This document shows positions 25,917 to 39,290 of a stretch of DNA of 64,000 bases, in pieces. The notes beneath the pieces are model-generated. The model was not told where the DNA came from. It did no database searches and was given only the letters and a program-made list of their open reading frames with translations. The translations under genes were made by a program, and so were the position numbers. This stretch comes from Octopus vulgaris. Its lineage: Eukaryota. Each line of letters opens with the position of its first letter. Position 1 is the stretch's first letter. Location: NCBI GenBank assembly GCA_951406725.2, contig OX597836.1, positions 27,714,001-27,778,000 on the forward strand, given 5' to 3'.

Positions 25917-25918
<2 letters not shown>

Positions 25919-26217
25919 CGCAATGGCCCAGTGGTTAGGGCAGCGGACTCGCGGTCGGAGGATCTCGGATTCGATTCCCAGACTGGGCGTTGTGTACGTT
26001 TATTGAGCGAAAACACCTAAAAAGCTCCACGAGGCTCCGGCAGGGGTTGGTGGCGACCTCTGTTGTACTCTTTCGCCACAACTTTCTCTCACTCTCTCTT
26101 CCTGTTTCTTGAGTAACGCTGGGATGGACTGGCGTCCCGTCCAGCTGGGGGAAACATACGCGTCACAGAAACGGGGAAACAGGGCACATGAGCCTGGCTA
26201 GGCTTGAAAAGGGCGAC
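25917..26217 (+). mobile_element. SINE family C
   Basis: tRNA-like head GGCGCAATGGCCCAGTGGTTAGGGCAGCGGACTCGCGG..GATTCGATTCCC. Confidence 0.8.
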
Positions 26218-26218
26218 G

Positions 26219-26253
<35 letters not shown>

Positions 26254-26280
26254 CACATATAGACGTATATACATATATAT

Positions 26281-26460
26281 AAAGCGACTGAGGGTGCTAT
26301 ACAGCACCAGTATTTGCTAGAAATAAGAGTCAGAACAACTCATAGCCACAATAATGCCCCCTTGTCAGTCGTCAATAAGATGATGAGTTATTGTGGCTAT
26401 GAGTTATTTTGACTCTTATTTCTAGCAATACTGGTTCTGAACAGCGCCCTCTGTCGCTTT
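26281..26460. mobile_element. 180-bp hairpin MITE
   Basis: AAAGCGACTGAGGGTGCT..ACTCATAGCCACAATAA (~74 bp) pairs with TTATTGTGGCTATGAGT..AGCGCCCTCTGTCGCTTT. Confidence 0.75.
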
Positions 26461-26573
26461 AATGACGTACATATTTTTGCCTCTCGGTTGAAAATTTGCT
26501 AACAAGCCACCCTTATCTACACACACACACATATATATATGCGTACATATACGTAAATACACACACACATACA

Positions 26574-26644
<71 letters not shown>

Positions 26645-27781
26645 GCACACACAGACTATATGTTGAAGACACGAAAGCTCGTCTTTTGTTCATTTTCTTA
26701 AAGACTTTTCTTCTTTAGTAAGCCTTTGTGTTTGATTTCGTATTCTGAAACAATGGCGTTCCTAAATTCATCAGAATGCCATGCTATTTGCATGTAATGC
26801 TAAATTTTCAGCCAAAAGTCAATGCTTACATTAACCACACACAAAAGTAATTACCGGACTTAAGCATTATAAAATAATGAAATTCGGTGTTAGTGATTTT
26901 ATCAGTTATAACAGTATTCCTACGATCTTCTGCGGCCTGTAGCAAAGCGCACGAGCAACACGTCATTATTACTATGAAAAAGAAGATGGACGTAAATGCT
27001 CAGAACGGAAGCAGAAAGTGACTTGCCGGAAATGGAAGGAGGCAGAGACGGAGATACAACACAAAGAAAAACTGCGTAGATGGAAATTTCAGAGAGATGT
27101 AGAGTCATAGAAGAATAGAAACGAGGAATAGCTACAATAAGAGTGTGACAGAAAAAGAGAAATGAGGAAATAAAGAGAAAGAAAATAACATTTAAAGACT
27201 AAACAAGCAAGTGAGAAAATATGGCTTGCTTTTCTTGTCTTCCAATTCGTCTTGGGAGTACATATATCCTTTTCTCTTCCGTTATCTGTTCAAGGATTTC
27301 GCCGAACAATTTTCTCGTATTTTCTGTTTTTTGTCTCTATTACGTTGCACATGTGGCACTTTTGTTTTAAATTGTTTCGTTTTGCTTTATCAGCAATTTA
27401 ATTGAATAAATTTTTATTTTGATCGAAAAATACCTGTATTTTATTCAAATTTTATCGCGAATAAGTCCACGCTTTCCTTCTTTCTGTCCTTGTTGCTGTT
27501 CGTCTTAACCTTGAATTCTTCTCCTGTCCTTGCTATTTATAATGTTTCTTGTCGTCAAAAACAAACTCTGGGTTCTCTCCAATTTCTGTTTCTCGCGGTG
27601 AGCTAGCGGTGAGTTAGCACAGCGGGCGAAATACGTTCTGAGTTCAAATTCTGCCAAGGTCGATTTTGCTTTTTATCCTTTCGGGGTCGATAAATTAAGT
27701 ACCAGTTGCATTCTGGGGTCGATCTAATCGCCTGCTCCCTCCCCAAAAATGTCAGGCCTTGTGCCTAGAGTAGAAAAGATC

Positions 27782-27855
<74 letters not shown>

Positions 27856-27967
27856 CATTATTATTATCATTATTATTATAATAATAATAATAATAATAAT
27901 AATAATTATTATTATTATCATTATTATCATTATTATTATTATTATTGTTATTATTATTATTATTATA

Positions 27968-28008
<41 letters not shown>

Positions 28009-28120
28009 CATTATTATTATCATTATTATTATAATAATAATAATAATTATTATTATTATTATTATTATCATTATTATCATTATTATTATTATTATTATTG
28101 TTATTATTATTATTATTATA

Positions 28121-28180
<60 letters not shown>

Positions 28181-28800
28181 GAGTGAAAGAGCAGTGCATG
28201 CCATCAAAGTGACTTTTTTAGTCAAGTTTTGTGGTATCATGATCCAATCGAGTAGGGAGTCTCTGATGAGTGAGTTGTATCCAGGTATAAGTGGTTTACT
28301 TGGTCTTCTTTGAAGAAATTTGTTCAGTTGCCGTTTAAAGGTGATGGGATCTTTTTCCTCTTTGATCTGTTTCGGGACAATGTTAAAATATACGAAGTCC
28401 AGTATACCCATCATGACTACCCGTCTTACATGCATCACAAGGTGATCTCATATCAAGATAAACAGCGCATGACCTTGTAGGTGGGGCCCAGTTAGAATTT
28501 TCTTCTGGTCGCGTAGCCCATCCTGCTCAAGAAGTCCCTGAATAAGGATTGTTTAAGAATGTTGAACGAACCAGCCATATTTCCAAAGGTGAATTATCAA
28601 AACCTCCAAGAATTCCTTTCAACACATGACTATGATGCTCCCCTACTACTTCTGCTCGTGATCAGATATGCACATATCGTCAGCCACTAAGGGACATGCT
28701 CAACTGGTTACGGTCAAACAACTGACAAGCAAATCTCTGGTATTGAGCAGAATATTTGCTGTAGCCCATCTTTTATACCAAGGCAAAACAATGTACATGA

Positions 28801-28831
<31 letters not shown>

Positions 28832-29374
28832 GAGTGAGAGAGCAGTGCATGCCATCAAAGTGACACTGGGGTAAAATATACAAAGCCCAATATACCCATC
28901 ATGACTACCCGTCTGATAAAGGTACACCAGGCACATGCATCACAACCATATGTGCGCGACATGGCGATCTCATATCAAGATAAACAGCACATGACCTTGC
29001 AGGTGGGGCCCAGTTAGAATTTTCTTCAGGTTGAGTAGCCCATCCCGCTCAAAAGGTCCCTGAATGAGGATTGTTTAAGGATGTTGAATGAACGACCCAT
29101 GTTTCCAAAGGTGAATTATCCAAACCTCCAAGAATTCCTTTCAACACACGGCTATGATGCTCCCCCACTACTTCTGCTCATGATCAGAGATGCACATATC
29201 GTCAGCCACTAAGGGACATGCTCAACTGGTTAAGGTCAAACAACTGACAAGCAAATCTGTGGTATTGAGCAGAATATTTGCTGTAGCCCATCTTTTATAC
29301 CAAGACAAAACAATGTACATGATAACACTTCCAATCAGTTAAGATCAAAAGCCATGAGAGCCACTGCCTGGTAC
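28181..29374 (-). mobile_element. Two head-to-tail copies of the TAA-inserted retroposon, the first carrying a CR1-like insert (28214-28388)
   Basis: Homologous to 12763-13261; copies separated and flanked by (ATT)n. Confidence 0.7.
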
Positions 29375-29503
29375 TTATTATTATTATTATTATTATTATT
29401 ATCACCATCACTACTACCACTACTATTATTATTATTATTATTATCATCATCATCATCATCATTATTATTATTATTATTACTATTATTATTATTATCATCA
29501 TCA

Positions 29504-29543
<40 letters not shown>

Positions 29544-29949
29544 TATTATCACTATTATTATTATTATTATTATTATAAAGGCTGCGAGCTGGCAGAACCG
29601 TTATCGTGCCGGACATAATGATTAACAGTATTTCTACCGGATTTACGTTCGGATTCAAGCTCCACCGAGGTTTGGCTTTGCCTGTCATGTTTTAGGAGTC
29701 GATAAAATAAGTACAAGTGGAGCAGAAAGCTCAATGTAACCTCTCCCCTTGCGCTAAATTTTGAAACCAAATATTGTTGTTATTTTTATTGTTGTGATTA
29801 TTATAATTCTTATATTACATTATATTATATTATATTATATTATATTACATATGTTATAATATGTGTATATGCAAAGGTGGTAAGCTGGCAGAAACCTTAG
29901 CACGCTGGGCGAAATGCTTAGCGGTATTTCGTCTGTCTTTACGTTCTGA

Positions 29950-30012
<63 letters not shown>

Positions 30013-30071
30013 CGTCTTTCAGTTTTGTTTCCATTCCTTGCCGAGTGTCTTCCTGACACTTAGGGCAGGTG

Positions 30072-30122
<51 letters not shown>

Positions 30123-30754
30123 ATTATTATTATTATTATTATTATTCTACACATGGCCAGATATTTGTTGCAAGGAAACAGTTGTTTAAATCTATCCTAG
30201 TACTCGAGAGAATCTTTATTTTATCGACCCCAATAGAGCTAAAGGTAAAAGGGAACACAGAAATGTTTGAACTCGGAGCGTAAAGGTCCGCAGAAAATAA
30301 TGACAAAGCATTTTTACCGACATTTGTTCAACAGATCTGCTACCCCAGAAACCATGAAAATTCCACATTTTATTAATATTCCTATTTTATCATTGTGCCA
30401 TTATTAATTCTATTATTTCATTATTTCATTATTTTTGGCTGAATAATCTTATAATCTTCTTAACATTGATCCATCATGTGAAAAATGTCGATTACGGCTT
30501 CGATATCCTTCCATAGTTAAGTATGTTAAGCCCACCAACACTCAAACTTACTTAATCATGTGAAACATTTAGATTATGATGTTGATTGTATTCCATAATC
30601 GTAATCCTAGTTATTTATCGTCTGCAAACACTACAGCAGTTAGTTATAGATTATTGTTTCTTGAGATGCCACAAAGGCGAAGTATAAGAGAACAACAAGA
30701 ATTTTATCGTTGACGATGGTAATGACGATGGTAATGACGGTGGTAATGACGATC

Positions 30755-30834
<80 letters not shown>

Positions 30835-31188
30835 GATGATAAAGAAAAGAAAGGGAAACTTAATAATGTTCTTAATGATATCCTTGTTGCGTTGATATGT
30901 GATGATTTCCATGGAGATATATATTTGTGTGCTATTTGAACGGCTGCAAGATATGGCTACGAAGAGAGGAAGAAAGAGGAAGAAAGAGTAGGAGATTGTT
31001 GTACTACAAGTTGCAACCAAATGAGAGGCGAATCTAGAAATGGAGCGATTAAGAAATACAACGGAGAAAATGGCGTCATCAACGATTCTCATTCATTCAC
31101 TCATTCTCTCTTACTTTCTTTCACTTTCAATATTCACCCTCTATCGGTGTGCATGTGTATGTGTGTGTGTGGTGTGTGTGTATGCATT

Positions 31189-31236
<48 letters not shown>

Positions 31237-32434
31237 CACATACATACTTATGTGTGTGTGTAAATAGATATGTATATGTATATATATATATATAATATAT
31301 ATATACTCTTTTACTCTTTTACTTGTTTCAGTCATTTGACTGTGGCCATGCTGGAGCACCAACTTTAGTCGAGTAAATTGACCCCAAGACTTATTCTTTG
31401 TAAGCCTACTACTTATTCTATCGGCCTCGATTGCAGAACTGCTATGTTACGGGGATGTAAACACACCAGCATCGGTTGTCAAGTGATGTTGGGAGGAGGA
31501 ACAAACACAGACACACAAACATATACCGTAAATAACCCTATGTACATATTTATATAAGCATGTATGTATGTATATATGTGTGTGTATATGTATGTGTATA
31601 TATATATGTATATATATACACACACACAGATACATGCATACATACACTAAGAATGGGCGAAAAAGGAAGCTACATAAATACATACAAACTTATACCTATT
31701 TATACATCCATCGTGTATAGAACATACATAAATATGTATATATATGTATGTGTGTGTGTTATATAATATATTATACAATAATTGTTATATAATGTGATAC
31801 AATTTCACTCCCACCTATACGCATACATTCAAACATATTACACGTGTGCGTGGGTGTGTAAGTTTGTATATATATGTCTATATTTATGTAGATATGTGTG
31901 TGTGTGTGTGCGTGTTTGTGTGTACAGTATATTGCACAGTAAATGGATCTCCGTCGGTTTCACAGATGAATATTCACCTGTTTAATTAACTGATCCACCT
32001 GTTTATTCAATCATTGTGTCAGTGGTTGAATATTCCACACACATCTGTTAGCTTTTACTTGTTTCGGTCACTTGTGTAGCCATGCTGGAGTACTGGCTTG
32101 AAGAAATTTCTGTTTTAGTCAAATGTACCCCGGTACATTTGTTTTTTTGTTTTTTTTTAAAGCCTGGTACTTATTTAATAGGTCCCTTTTGCCAATCCGC
32201 TAAATCATTATTTCAAATTTTTTGCCGCAGGGGTAGCTTGGGGGAGGTGGGGATGAGTCGATTACATCGACCCCAGCGTTCAGCTGGTACTTATTTTATC
32301 GACCTCGAAAGGATGAATTCCGATCTGCTAAATCATGAGACGTAAACACACTAACACCGGTCGTCAAGTGGTTTTGGACAGAAACAGACATATAGACACG
32401 CACACACACACACACACATGGCTGCATATATATT

Positions 32435-32484
<50 letters not shown>

Positions 32485-32487
32485 GTA

Positions 32488-32550
<63 letters not shown>

Positions 32551-33015
32551 ATACTGAAAGGCTTCTTTCAGTTCCCATTTATCAAATCCACTTACAAGGC
32601 TTTGGTGGACCCGAGGCTACTGTAGAAGACACCTCTCCAAGGTGTCACAGTGGGACTGAACCGAGAACCATGTGATTGGGAAGCAAGCTTCTTACCACAC
32701 AGCCACGCCTGCGACTACATCTTTATGTAGAATCAGTCTGACCCAAAGAGTGACAAGCCTTTGCCTATTGAATTATAGATATAGCCCATTCTAATGGGCT
32801 TCACGTAGTTTCCGTCCGTCCAGTTTCCTCTCCCAAATTGTGGGAGGTCTTGGGTTATAGTAAAAGAGGCATAAACAACACACCAAGATGCGGGATGGAA
32901 CCTATGCTCTGATGATCGCATGATTGCGAGGCGTAATTCTTAGCTACGCGCCCATGCCTGTTATCCATATGTAGTCACAGGGTCACAAACAGACAAACAG
33001 ACAGAGTAGTGGTTT

Positions 33016-33085
<70 letters not shown>

Positions 33086-33439
33086 CAGACAGATAGATAG
33101 ATAGAAACATACGCGCACACTGTCACCCACATACACCTACACACTCGCATGCATATACACACATTACACTCATCACATACAACCATACATACATACGCAT
33201 GCACACAGGTACGCACACACATATTTGTGCATGTGTATATGTGTGTGTATGTGTATTTATATATATATATATATATATATATAGATAGATATATATATAT
33301 ATATATATTTATACACACACACAATATATATATATACATAAATACATATATATATATATGCATATATATGTGCCTGTGTGTGTGTATGTACATATGTACT
33401 GTGTATGTGTGTGTATATATAGATAGATATAGATATATG

Positions 33440-33550
<111 letters not shown>

Positions 33551-34130
33551 GTGTGTGTGTGTATGTATGGAGAGAGTAGAAGGGAAAGCTAAGCATTTAT
33601 GTACACACTAAGTTTCTATCCTACCTCTTCCCTCCCTCTCACTTTCTCATTTCCTGCAGTCAGTCAGGCAGTCAGCCATTCTTTGCTGTGTCTGTGTGTC
33701 GTTTTTGTCAATTGCCATAATTCCTAAGTACAGGAAGAATTTCTCTAATTGCAAACTGCAGCTCACCTGGAACAATAAACGGTTTGTACTGTCTTCAGGA
33801 AGGAATCCTAGCTGTTACCGAGACCTTCAACGCATTCCTTTGTCGCTGATAACAATGACAACAGCAAAAGACAGCGATGCTGGAAGTAGCAACCAAACTG
33901 CCAGAAAATTCATTCTACCGTCTCAGAAAGGAATGGCACACTTGGATAACGTATCGGGGGATTAAATGCTCTTTGAAAAAAAAAAAAAAAAGAAAGAAAG
34001 GACGCGATGGTTTGAGTTAGGGTCTCTATGATCATAATTGTGTTTGATTGGAGTTGGCCTTGGGTTAAACAGCAGCAGCGATCTTTTGCACATGTTTTTA
34101 AAAAATATATATCGAGATCAACAACAACAA

Positions 34131-34162
<32 letters not shown>

Positions 34163-34212
34163 GCAACACCAACTGTAATTGCTTTTGCTGAAATTACAAC
34201 AACAGGAACAAT

Positions 34213-34251
<39 letters not shown>

Positions 34252-34253
34252 CT

Positions 34254-34320
<67 letters not shown>

Positions 34321-34321
34321 C

Positions 34322-34362
<41 letters not shown>

Positions 34363-34665
34363 TACTACTGCTGCTACCACCACTACTACAACAACTACTA
34401 CTACTACAAGTGCAACAGCAGCTGTTTTTACTGACATACAGACGGACGAAATGCCGTTAAGCATCTTGTCCGGCATACTAACGTTTCTGCCAGCGCGTCA
34501 CCTTAATATATATCATTATAATATGAATTCATTATATTCATATTATTATTAATATCAACATCTCTGTGCATAAACTGCATCTCTTATATTGTATTGAAGC
34601 AATTGTAACTTAAGAATTTACAATAATACCATAAATTCTAGTCTTTGGTTTAATATATGTATATA

Positions 34666-35070
34666 GGAGTAGGAGTGGCTGTGTGGTAAGTAGCTTGCTT
34701 ACGAACCACATGGTTACGGGTTCAGTCCCACTGCGTGGCACCTTGGGCAAGTGTCTTCTACTATATCCTCGGGCCGACCAAAGCCTTGTGAGTGGATTTG
34801 GTAGACGGAAACTGAAAGAAGCCCGTCGTATATATATATATACATATATATGTGTGTGTGTTTGTGTGTCTGTGTTTGTCCCCCCAACATCGCTTGACAA
34901 CCGATGCTGGTGTGTTTACGTCCCCGTAACTTAGCGGTTCGGCAAAAAAGACCGATAGAATAAGTACTAGGCTTACAAAGAATAAGTCCTGGGGTCGATT
35001 TGCTCGACTAAAGGCGGTGCTCCAGCATGGCCACAGTCAAATGACTGAAACAAATAAAAGAGTAAAAGAG
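34666..35070 (+). mobile_element. SINE family A, full length
   Basis: Same as 9804-10263. Confidence 0.85.
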
Positions 35071-35609
35071 TATATCTGTAAGCCCTTGATTTGGGGCTTA
35101 TTAATGTACAGCAACTTGGGATAAAACTGCATGGTCATTTGAAACATTTATAAACTATATATACGATCGACTTTTTCTTCTTTTTTTAAATAGTAGAGAA
35201 AAGACGTGACAGAGGGGGAGTATTAACAGTCCATGAGTCACTTACAACGGAGGTTACCATTAACATTATACAGAGTACGATCGATATTTTCTATTTCTTT
35301 TACTTTTATATAACTTAGGCGCAATGGCCTAGTGGTTAGGGCAGCGGACTCGCGGTCGCAGGATCGCGGTTTCGATTCCCAGACCGGGCGTTGTGAGTGT
35401 TTATCGAGCGAAAACACCTAAAAGCTCCACGAAGCTCCGGCAGGGGGTGGTGATCCCTGCTGTACTCTTTCACCACTCTTTCTTCTGTTGGCCTGCTCGC
35501 TTAGCCAGCGGGGTGTCGTCATTCGAAGGCTAAAACAATGCGAACGCATTGTGACCAGCGATGTGTAACAACATCTGATGGTCTGGTCGGTCACGTGATC
35601 ACGTGATAA

Positions 35610-36053
35610 CTTAGATATATTTCGACCAAAAATTGGTCCAGAGCATATCAAATTTAATTGCACCACCTGATAGGATTAGCTAAATCCTTTTTAAGTCAAG
35701 TTTTGCGGTATCATGATCCAATCGAGTAGGGAATCCCTGACGAGTGAGTTGTATCCAGGTATAAGTGGTTTTCTTGGTCTTCCTTGAAGAAATTTGTCCA
35801 GATACCGTTTAAAGGTGATGGGATCATTTTCCTCTTTGATCTGTTTCGGGACAATGTTAAAAAGGACAGGGACTGTTGGGGAAAAGAAATTGTGTTGCAG
35901 TGTATTTAAGTGTTGTGATCCTGAATTGGGTAGGGTACGTATGGCTCATGGTCATAGCCTTAGATGAATTTTGAAGGTAATGTTGAGGTCGTTTGGGCAA
36001 TGCTGTTGGTATATTCTCCACATCGTACATATAATGTATCGCTCACGGCGGCG
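35610..36053 (-). mobile_element. CR1/L2-group LINE 3' fragment (ORF2 C-terminus + 3'UTR)
   Basis: RRRERYIICTMWRIY..HNFFSPTVPVLFNIVPKQIKEENDPITFKRYLDKFLQ..PLIPGYNSL..DSLLDW, with internal stops. Confidence 0.75.
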
Positions 36054-36182
36054 ATACACACACACGCGCACGCACGCACACACATATACATATACATATA
36101 TATATAATAATAATATTAAGGAGTATAGCTCCAAACTTACAGGGAAAAATTCGATTTAGTATTAAATCTAATTCATATTTTA

Positions 36183-36345
36183 GGCGTAGGAGTGGCTGTG
36201 TAGTAAGTAACTTGCTTACGAACCATATGGTTCCGGGTTCAGTCCCACTGCGTGGCACCTTGGTTAAGTGTCTTCTACTATAGCCTCGGGCCGACCAAAG
36301 CCTTGTGAGTGGATTTGGTAGGCGGAAACTGAAAGAAACCCGTTG

Positions 36346-36407
<62 letters not shown>

Positions 36408-36613
36408 TGCGTGTCTGTGTTTGTCCCCACATCACTCGACAACCGATGCTGGTGTGTTTACGTCCCCGTGACTTAGCGGTTTGGCAAAAAAGAGACCGAT
36501 AAAATAAGTACTAGGCTTACAAAGAATAAGTGCTAGGGTCGATTTGATCGACTAAAGGCGGTGCTCCAGCATGGCCACAGTCACATGACTGCAACAAGTA
36601 AAAGAGTAAAGAG
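36183..36613 (+). mobile_element. SINE family A, full length
   Basis: Same as 9804-10263. Confidence 0.85.
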
Positions 36614-36671
<58 letters not shown>

Positions 36672-36844
36672 GTGAGAGAGGGAGAGGGAGACAGACAGAG
36701 AGAGACAGAGAGACAGTGAGACAGAGAGACAGTGAGACAGAGAGACAGTGAGACAGAGAGACAGTGAGACAGAGGGAGAGCGGGATAGAAATCTGTCAAT
36801 GAAAGCATGTCTATGATGTGTTGCTTCAATCGTTCTCGTTTCAG

Positions 36845-36998
36845 GCGCCTTCATATTCCGACTGTGGCGATTTGGAGCTTGGCAGGACATCATCGTCGAC
36901 GACAACCTCCCCTTCTTGGATAGCCAGGTGGCCTATTGTGAACCCGTAGGCTCACACCACGAATACTGGGCCCCTCTCTTGGAGAAGGCCTATGCCAA
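36845..36998 (+). CDS. Calpain-like protein, CysPc exon B
   Basis: Acceptor ttctcgtttcAG, phase 1. (G)AFIFRLWRFGAWQDIIVDDNLPFLDSQVAYCEPVGSHHEYWAPLLEKAYA(K) matches the calpain hallmarks GIFHF.FW..G.W..V.VDD.LP and EFW..LLEKAYAK. Donor AA|GTAAGT, phase 2. Confidence 0.95.
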
Positions 36999-37770
36999 GT
37001 AAGTAAACACTACGATACGACGATGCTGATAATAGACGTTAATTTCCCACCAATCACACCCCAGAGCCAAAAAAAACAGGAAGGACACATCGGGTCCTAG
37101 ATTATTCCTATTAATACAGAATAGGAATAATTTAGGCTGAAATAATTTTCATTGCGCAGGCGCGGCTGTGCGAGAAGAAGCTTGGTTCCCAACCACATGG
37201 TTCCGGGTTCAGTTCACTGCTCGGCACCTTGGGCAAGTTTCTTCTGCAATATACTCCAGGCAGACCAAAACCTTGTGTGTGGATTTGGTAGACGGAAACT
37301 GAAAGAAGCCCATCGTATATGTATGTGTGTGTGTTTGTACCTGCATTTGTACCCCCTCCGTCGCCTCTGTAACGTAACGGCTCGGCAAAAGAGATCGATA
37401 GAATAAATACTAGCCTACAAAAAAGGAATATGAACTGGGTTGACTAATTCGACTAAAAATTCTTCAAAGCGGTGCCCCAGCATGGCCGCAGTCTGATGAC
37501 TGAAACAAGAAAAAGATACGGTGAAAGATGGGAAGGTTTTATAGTTACATATACACATACCGCCGAATAATCGTTATTATAAGTGATAAGATGAGAGAGT
37601 GGTATGAATGATAATACAGCTGACTACCTAGGGTTAAAAACGAACTTGAATCTTACGAATGAGCTTATTAACATGTTGGCTAAAATTCTTTCTTATTATG
37701 TCTAAATCCTATGTTACATCGAAAAAAACCATTAAAATATTTTCTAAATAACCCTTTCTTTTTTCTTCAG

Positions 37771-37990
37771 GTGTAACAGGACGTATGAATCAATCGAAAA
37801 TGGAAATATCTTGGATGCCCTAACTGACCTTACTGGCGCCATCTGTGAATACTTCACGCCGGATGTCAACCCTCCGCATAACCTCTTCCGCCTTTTACAC
37901 ATGTCTTGTTTCCACCGGTCCCTGATTGTGTGTTGGCGCAGTGAGAAACGCCTGACGCCAATCGGGTTTATAGTTTACCAGCCTTCACAG
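37771..37990 (+). CDS. Calpain-like protein, CysPc exon C
   Basis: Acceptor tttcttttttcttcAG, phase 2. CNRTYESIENGNILDALTDLTGAICEYFTPDVNPPHNLFRLLHMSCFHRSLIVCWRSEKRLTPIGFIVYQPSQ matches YE.L..G...A..D.TG..E..P.NLF..SL..C. Donor CAG|GTAGTT, phase 0 (3' boundary less certain). Confidence 0.9.
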
Positions 37991-38152
37991 GTAGTTAACC
38001 AACCTTTGTTTAATAATTGATTTGTCCTCTCTTTGTGGAGGTGCAATGGCCTAGTGGTTAGGGCAGCGGACTCACGGTTGTAGGATCGCGGTTTCGATTT
38101 TTTAACCTTTTAAAACAAGCCTTCTGTAGTTTTTTCACTTTTTACTATTTTC

Positions 38153-38187
<35 letters not shown>

Positions 38188-38192
<5 letters not shown>

Positions 38193-38450
38193 TGCAGCGT
38201 GGAAGGTGTTTATAAGCCATTTAAGAAACACACAAAAGCCATTCGATAGCACGGATTTTTGTCAGTGAACAGGTCGCGGATTTTAGCGACGAAAATATTT
38301 TGACAAATTAAACTTAAATGTTGAAGTGAATCGAACGGCTTTTGTGTGTTTCTTAAATGGCTTATAAACACCTTCCACGCTGCAATTGCTTTCGTTTCAG
38401 CACACGATCTCAGATCAAATTACTTGCTATGCGAGTACATCTCCCTATAT
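38188..38450 (+). mobile_element. Penelope-like pLTR-type element with inverted partial copy (second copy ~47483-47680, minus)
   Basis: 38188-38247 is the reverse complement of 38330-38388. The body matches the reverse complement of 47483-47680. Flanked by (TA)n. Confidence 0.65.
38258..38307 (+). ncRNA. Hammerhead-like motif with G3:C8 core
   Basis: UUUGUCA-GUGAACA-G-GUCGC(GGAUUUUA)GCGAC-GAAA-AUAU-UU-UGACAAA: 7-bp stem I, 5-bp stem II, palindromic AAUAUU stem III. Confidence 0.7.
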
Positions 38451-38509
38451 ATATATACATATATGCATACATATATACATACATATATATCTATCGGTGT
38501 AATACACAC

Positions 38510-38554
<45 letters not shown>

Positions 38555-38819
38555 GACACACACGTACACATATATTATACATAGAATATAACAGAGGATT
38601 GGGTTCCATAAACAGCTCCATACATTGCTTCTATATCCCAGCGTGGTTCGACGAAGGTCGTCAAATCTCTGGATAGGGTTGTGTGCAGAGTCTCTACCAC
38701 CTTATAGCAATAATAAACACAAAACATAATTGGTATTTTAAGCTTCATGAAAATAAGTAAAGCAACTGTCAGTATTTCGCTGGACAATTGACCAGATTAC
38801 GTAATACTCATCTCTTAAG

Positions 38820-39290
38820 CATTCTCAACAATAATTTTGAATTGTCAAACATTTTCGGTGTGTACAGCGAATACCTTACTCATTACGCTTATTGAGAAGG
38901 TGTCTGTTGTTAGCTAAAGTAATCTTCAGTCTTTCTTTAGAACATTGTCTGCAAGGACCTCTACCCGACTGGTGCTGCATTACGTATCCCGCCTTCGACC
39001 AGTTCAACTTGTAGTTAATTTTATTATCCGTTAAGTTATGGACATAATGTGAGTCAAGGTTTGGAGAAAGAATGCTTATGTATAGATATGAGTTGTTTCG
39101 CGAGGTTAATCGTAAAACGTATGTAATATTTACTACTATTATGCATCACCGTTTCACATTTACACACAACGTTTGCGTGCAGGCAATGTTCGCTCAAGGG
39201 ATAATCCACAGGAATTCTACAGTTACATTTACATCTTTGCGATGGGGGACTATTGTCCATAGGTTCATTAGTCACCTCATGTGTATTAGA
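38820..39290 (-). mobile_element. Penelope-like retroelement GIY-YIG endonuclease/C-terminal fragment, decayed
   Basis: CKCNCRIPVDYPLSEHCLHANVVCKC..KYYIRFT..IHKHSF and GPCRQCSKERLKI..HLLNKRNE*GIRCTHRK match the PLE pattern CNC..CPL.G.C...VVY..YIG.T..H..SF / C.LC..EK..LLNKR.E..C.H. Confidence 0.8.

Noticed and set aside
25917-25990. tRNA gene (also 35318, 39470, 40020-40095, 59961)
   Set aside because: A/B boxes are present, but I could not form a complete acceptor stem, and most continue into a SINE body or simple-repeat tail; these are SINE heads.
37941-37946. Alternative donor A|GTGAGA within exon C
   Set aside because: It would end in phase 1, incompatible with the phase-0 exon D; the 37990 donor keeps the frame.
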